Shown here one piece after another: positions 54,771-56,669 of a DNA stretch of 56,669 nucleotides. The notes under the pieces were generated by a model that worked only from the letters and a program-made list of their open reading frames with translations, was not told the DNA's origin and searched no databases. Source of the stretch: a virus (taxonomy: Duplodnaviria > Caudoviricetes); the IMG/VR virus record IMGVR_UViG_3300008113_000379, positions 1 to 56,669 of that record; one strand, given 5' to 3'. The first letter of the stretch is position 1, and each line of letters begins with the position of its first letter. A program made the translations under genes and the position numbers.

Positions 54771-55303
54771 TATAATTTCTCCAATACTAGAATAGGTTTA
54801 CCTTGTCTTTTGCCTTTAGATTCTACACCCCAACTACCACATAACACAGTATGTGGTCTTGCATGTAATAGTTCTTCGGTAAAGAAAGGAGCATAATATT
54901 GTGTTTTTTGTATCACCCAATCATTCTTTGTAAGATGAGTAATAGCTACAAAAAATTCAGTTGATTCTCTATTACGTGCAAACAAAAGATAATCACTAGA
55001 CCTATTTGATAATCCACCACCACGCCATCGACAGCCTTTCCCGCCCATTGCGACCTTCACTTCTAATGGTATATCACCTGTAGGAAATTTAAATAAACAA
55101 TCAGGGTCAACATCATGATTTCCCGGTATGACCGGGATGTTTAGTTTGGAGGTAAAATGATTTGCTGTTATTTTTTCAACTAACTTAGAACATAACTCAG
55201 AAATTACTTTCTGCCCTACATCATATTTGTTTGATGGTAGATTGTAACGCATTTCGGTGAGAATTGAATGTATATCAGATTGTGCTATGATGAGTTCTAA
55301 CAT
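54770..55303 (-). CDS. PD-(D/E)xK restriction-endonuclease-like protein
   Basis: G...SE, DPDCL, PLEVKV. Confidence 0.55.
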   Translation of the reverse strand: MLELIIAQSDIHSILTEMRYNLPSNKYDVGQKVISELCSKLVEKITANHFTSKLNIPVIPGNHDVDPDCLFKFPTGDIPLEVKVAMGGKGCRWRGGGLSNRSSDYLLFARNRESTEFFVAITHLTKNDWVIQKTQYYAPFFTEELLHARPHTVLCGSWGVESKGKRQGKPILVLEKL

Positions 55304-55479
55304 TACACATCTCCGAAAATATAAGCTGCCATTTTGCGCTTAGTAGTTTCTTCATCCTTCATAGCACAGTCAAAACAAACTTCTTCGTTATTAGGACCAT
55401 AAGGACGACATTCATCAATCACCCCGCACATTTGACATGCTTGGGGTAATTCTTCCTGTATGATACCTAAGCCACTCAT
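55303..55479 (-). CDS. 58 aa Cys-rich protein (not in ORF track)
   Basis: CQMCG..ECRPYGP..VCFDC; overlaps both neighbours. Confidence 0.65.
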   Translation of the reverse strand: MSGLGIIQEELPQACQMCGVIDECRPYGPNNEEVCFDCAMKDEETTKRKMAAYIFGDV

Positions 55480-56270
55480 TTAGGCATCATTAATGCATTG
55501 AAGTTGCTAGGAACAACAATGGTCTGCACTTGACCGTTCTTGATACCTTCACTGATGTTCAACATAGCCTGTGCCTGCATGAACGCAATACTTGCACCTG
55601 AGTTATTAGCCAATGCTGCCATTCTGCGACTTTCTGCTTCGGCAGTCTTAACTTCAACTTCCTTTTGCTTTAATTCGTTTTTACTGCGAACCAGTGCATT
55701 AGCTGATTCAACAACTGAGTCAGCTGGAACAACATTACGGATCAACACTTGGCTAATCATAATAGTACCGTCCAGTTTTTCTTCAGCCAAGTTACGAACG
55801 ATTTCGTCCTGAATAAACTTTTCCATTTCACCTCGATTGTCTGCCATGTCCAATGCTTCATACTTACGTGCTGCCTTGTAGATAGCATTACGAGCATTTT
55901 GAACAATGTAGTTGTACATCACATAAGTGTCACCCTTAAAGTCAGCGTGGAAAGCCTTGTTCTTTGTAGCGTACAGTTCTGACACTTGTTGTGGGTTGAT
56001 GTTGTAAACAACCACAGCATCCAAGTCTTTCATGGTGCTATTGTCTTTAGCTACAGGAGTCATATTCTCCAAAACCACATTAACATCTTTGATAGGGAAT
56101 GTCAAAACATCACCAATTAGGACCTGATTGAACGAGCCCGGAAGCAATTCACCAGGTTGTACTTGTTTGTCAAAGCCAACACGAACACCAACTTCACCAG
56201 TTTCGATACGGGTACAACCTGTAGCAAGAACTGCGGCGGCAAGAATAGAGAGGGTAAAAATACGTTTCAT
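55476..56270 (-). CDS. SPFH/Band 7/prohibitin-family lipoprotein
   Basis: LATGC signal, I.TGEVGV, Y.INP, coiled-coil AEAE tail. Confidence 0.85.
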   Translation of the reverse strand: MKRIFTLSILAAAVLATGCTRIETGEVGVRVGFDKQVQPGELLPGSFNQVLIGDVLTFPIKDVNVVLENMTPVAKDNSTMKDLDAVVVYNINPQQVSELYATKNKAFHADFKGDTYVMYNYIVQNARNAIYKAARKYEALDMADNRGEMEKFIQDEIVRNLAEEKLDGTIMISQVLIRNVVPADSVVESANALVRSKNELKQKEVEVKTAEAESRRMAALANNSGASIAFMQAQAMLNISEGIKNGQVQTIVVPSNFNALMMPK

Positions 56271-56366
56271 TTTAGATAATACCTTTTACAAAAAGAAAGA
56301 AACAAAATACAAAGCCCAAAACAAAATACAGTGGGCGGAGCCAAAAGTCATTAATCATATGATTCC

Positions 56367-56543
56367 TTAAAATAAAATGACAATCAACATCAACAGCACT
56401 ATTGCTGTTAATGCACATAGTATACTATAACCTAGTAATTTTGTCAATGACCATTTGTCCTTTCCTGACAAATCTCTGTACCCTTTAATCCCAAAATAAC
56501 ATATACTGAATACAAACAAAAATGCCAATATAATTTTAATCAT
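56367..56543 (-). CDS. 58 aa membrane protein (not in ORF track)
   Basis: Two hydrophobic segments; GGAG upstream. Confidence 0.55.
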   Translation of the reverse strand: MIKIILAFLFVFSICYFGIKGYRDLSGKDKWSLTKLLGYSILCALTAIVLLMLIVILF

Positions 56544-56669
56544 TCTTCAACTCCGAAAATGTTCTTTAATCATTTCTTTAGCATCAAACATACCGTCTTC
56601 CCAACCCACTTGATAATCAGTGCTTTTGTCCCGACGCAATTCCTGAGTGTTAAGAACGGTATATCTCAA

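Noticed and set aside
1-56669. Alternative genetic code (stop-codon reassignment)
   Set aside because: Conserved genes translate full length under code 11, and TAA, TGA and TAG all occur as apparent gene ends

Overview
AT-rich, densely coding fragment of a large lytic tailed phage (T4-like/jumbo type). The host is probably a proteobacterium; DnaK looks betaproteobacterial, which is an inference from recalled motifs. No capsid, terminase, polymerase, tRNA, rRNA or CRISPR array is visible. Layout: (1) 1-2.4 kb, a DUF2828/vWA gene end, a ~200 nt structured non-coding segment, and phosphatase/kinase/phosphoesterase genes, possibly an RNA-repair cluster; (2) 4.3-15.7 kb and 39-42 kb, arrays of small early genes behind many near-identical sigma70-type promoters (TTGACAATAAATC..TTTGGGTATATAAT), several inside inverted repeats; (3) tail-fibre/adhesin genes, including a 1542 aa FN3-Gly-RCC1-LamG protein; (4) a late operon sod-orf-GNAT-iscU-iscA-erpA; (5) envelope enzymes (S11 peptidase, GT2, LpxH-like); (6) translation genes (IF-1, bS21, an ArfA-like peptide); (7) a proteostasis cluster (ClpP, ClpS, Hsp20, DnaK, ClpX, SPFH). 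The most notable signals are ROSE-like RNA thermometers before both dnaK and hsp20, many late genes that appear leaderless (TAAATA 4-7 nt before the start codon, no SD), T4-like capsid-targeting N-termini, and a GC-rich insert encoding a piece resembling bacterial rplY (L25). Several local lesions (a 40-bp duplication, in-frame deletions, a likely 1-nt insertion) may be assembly or read errors. All protein family calls are by motif recognition only; no searches were run.
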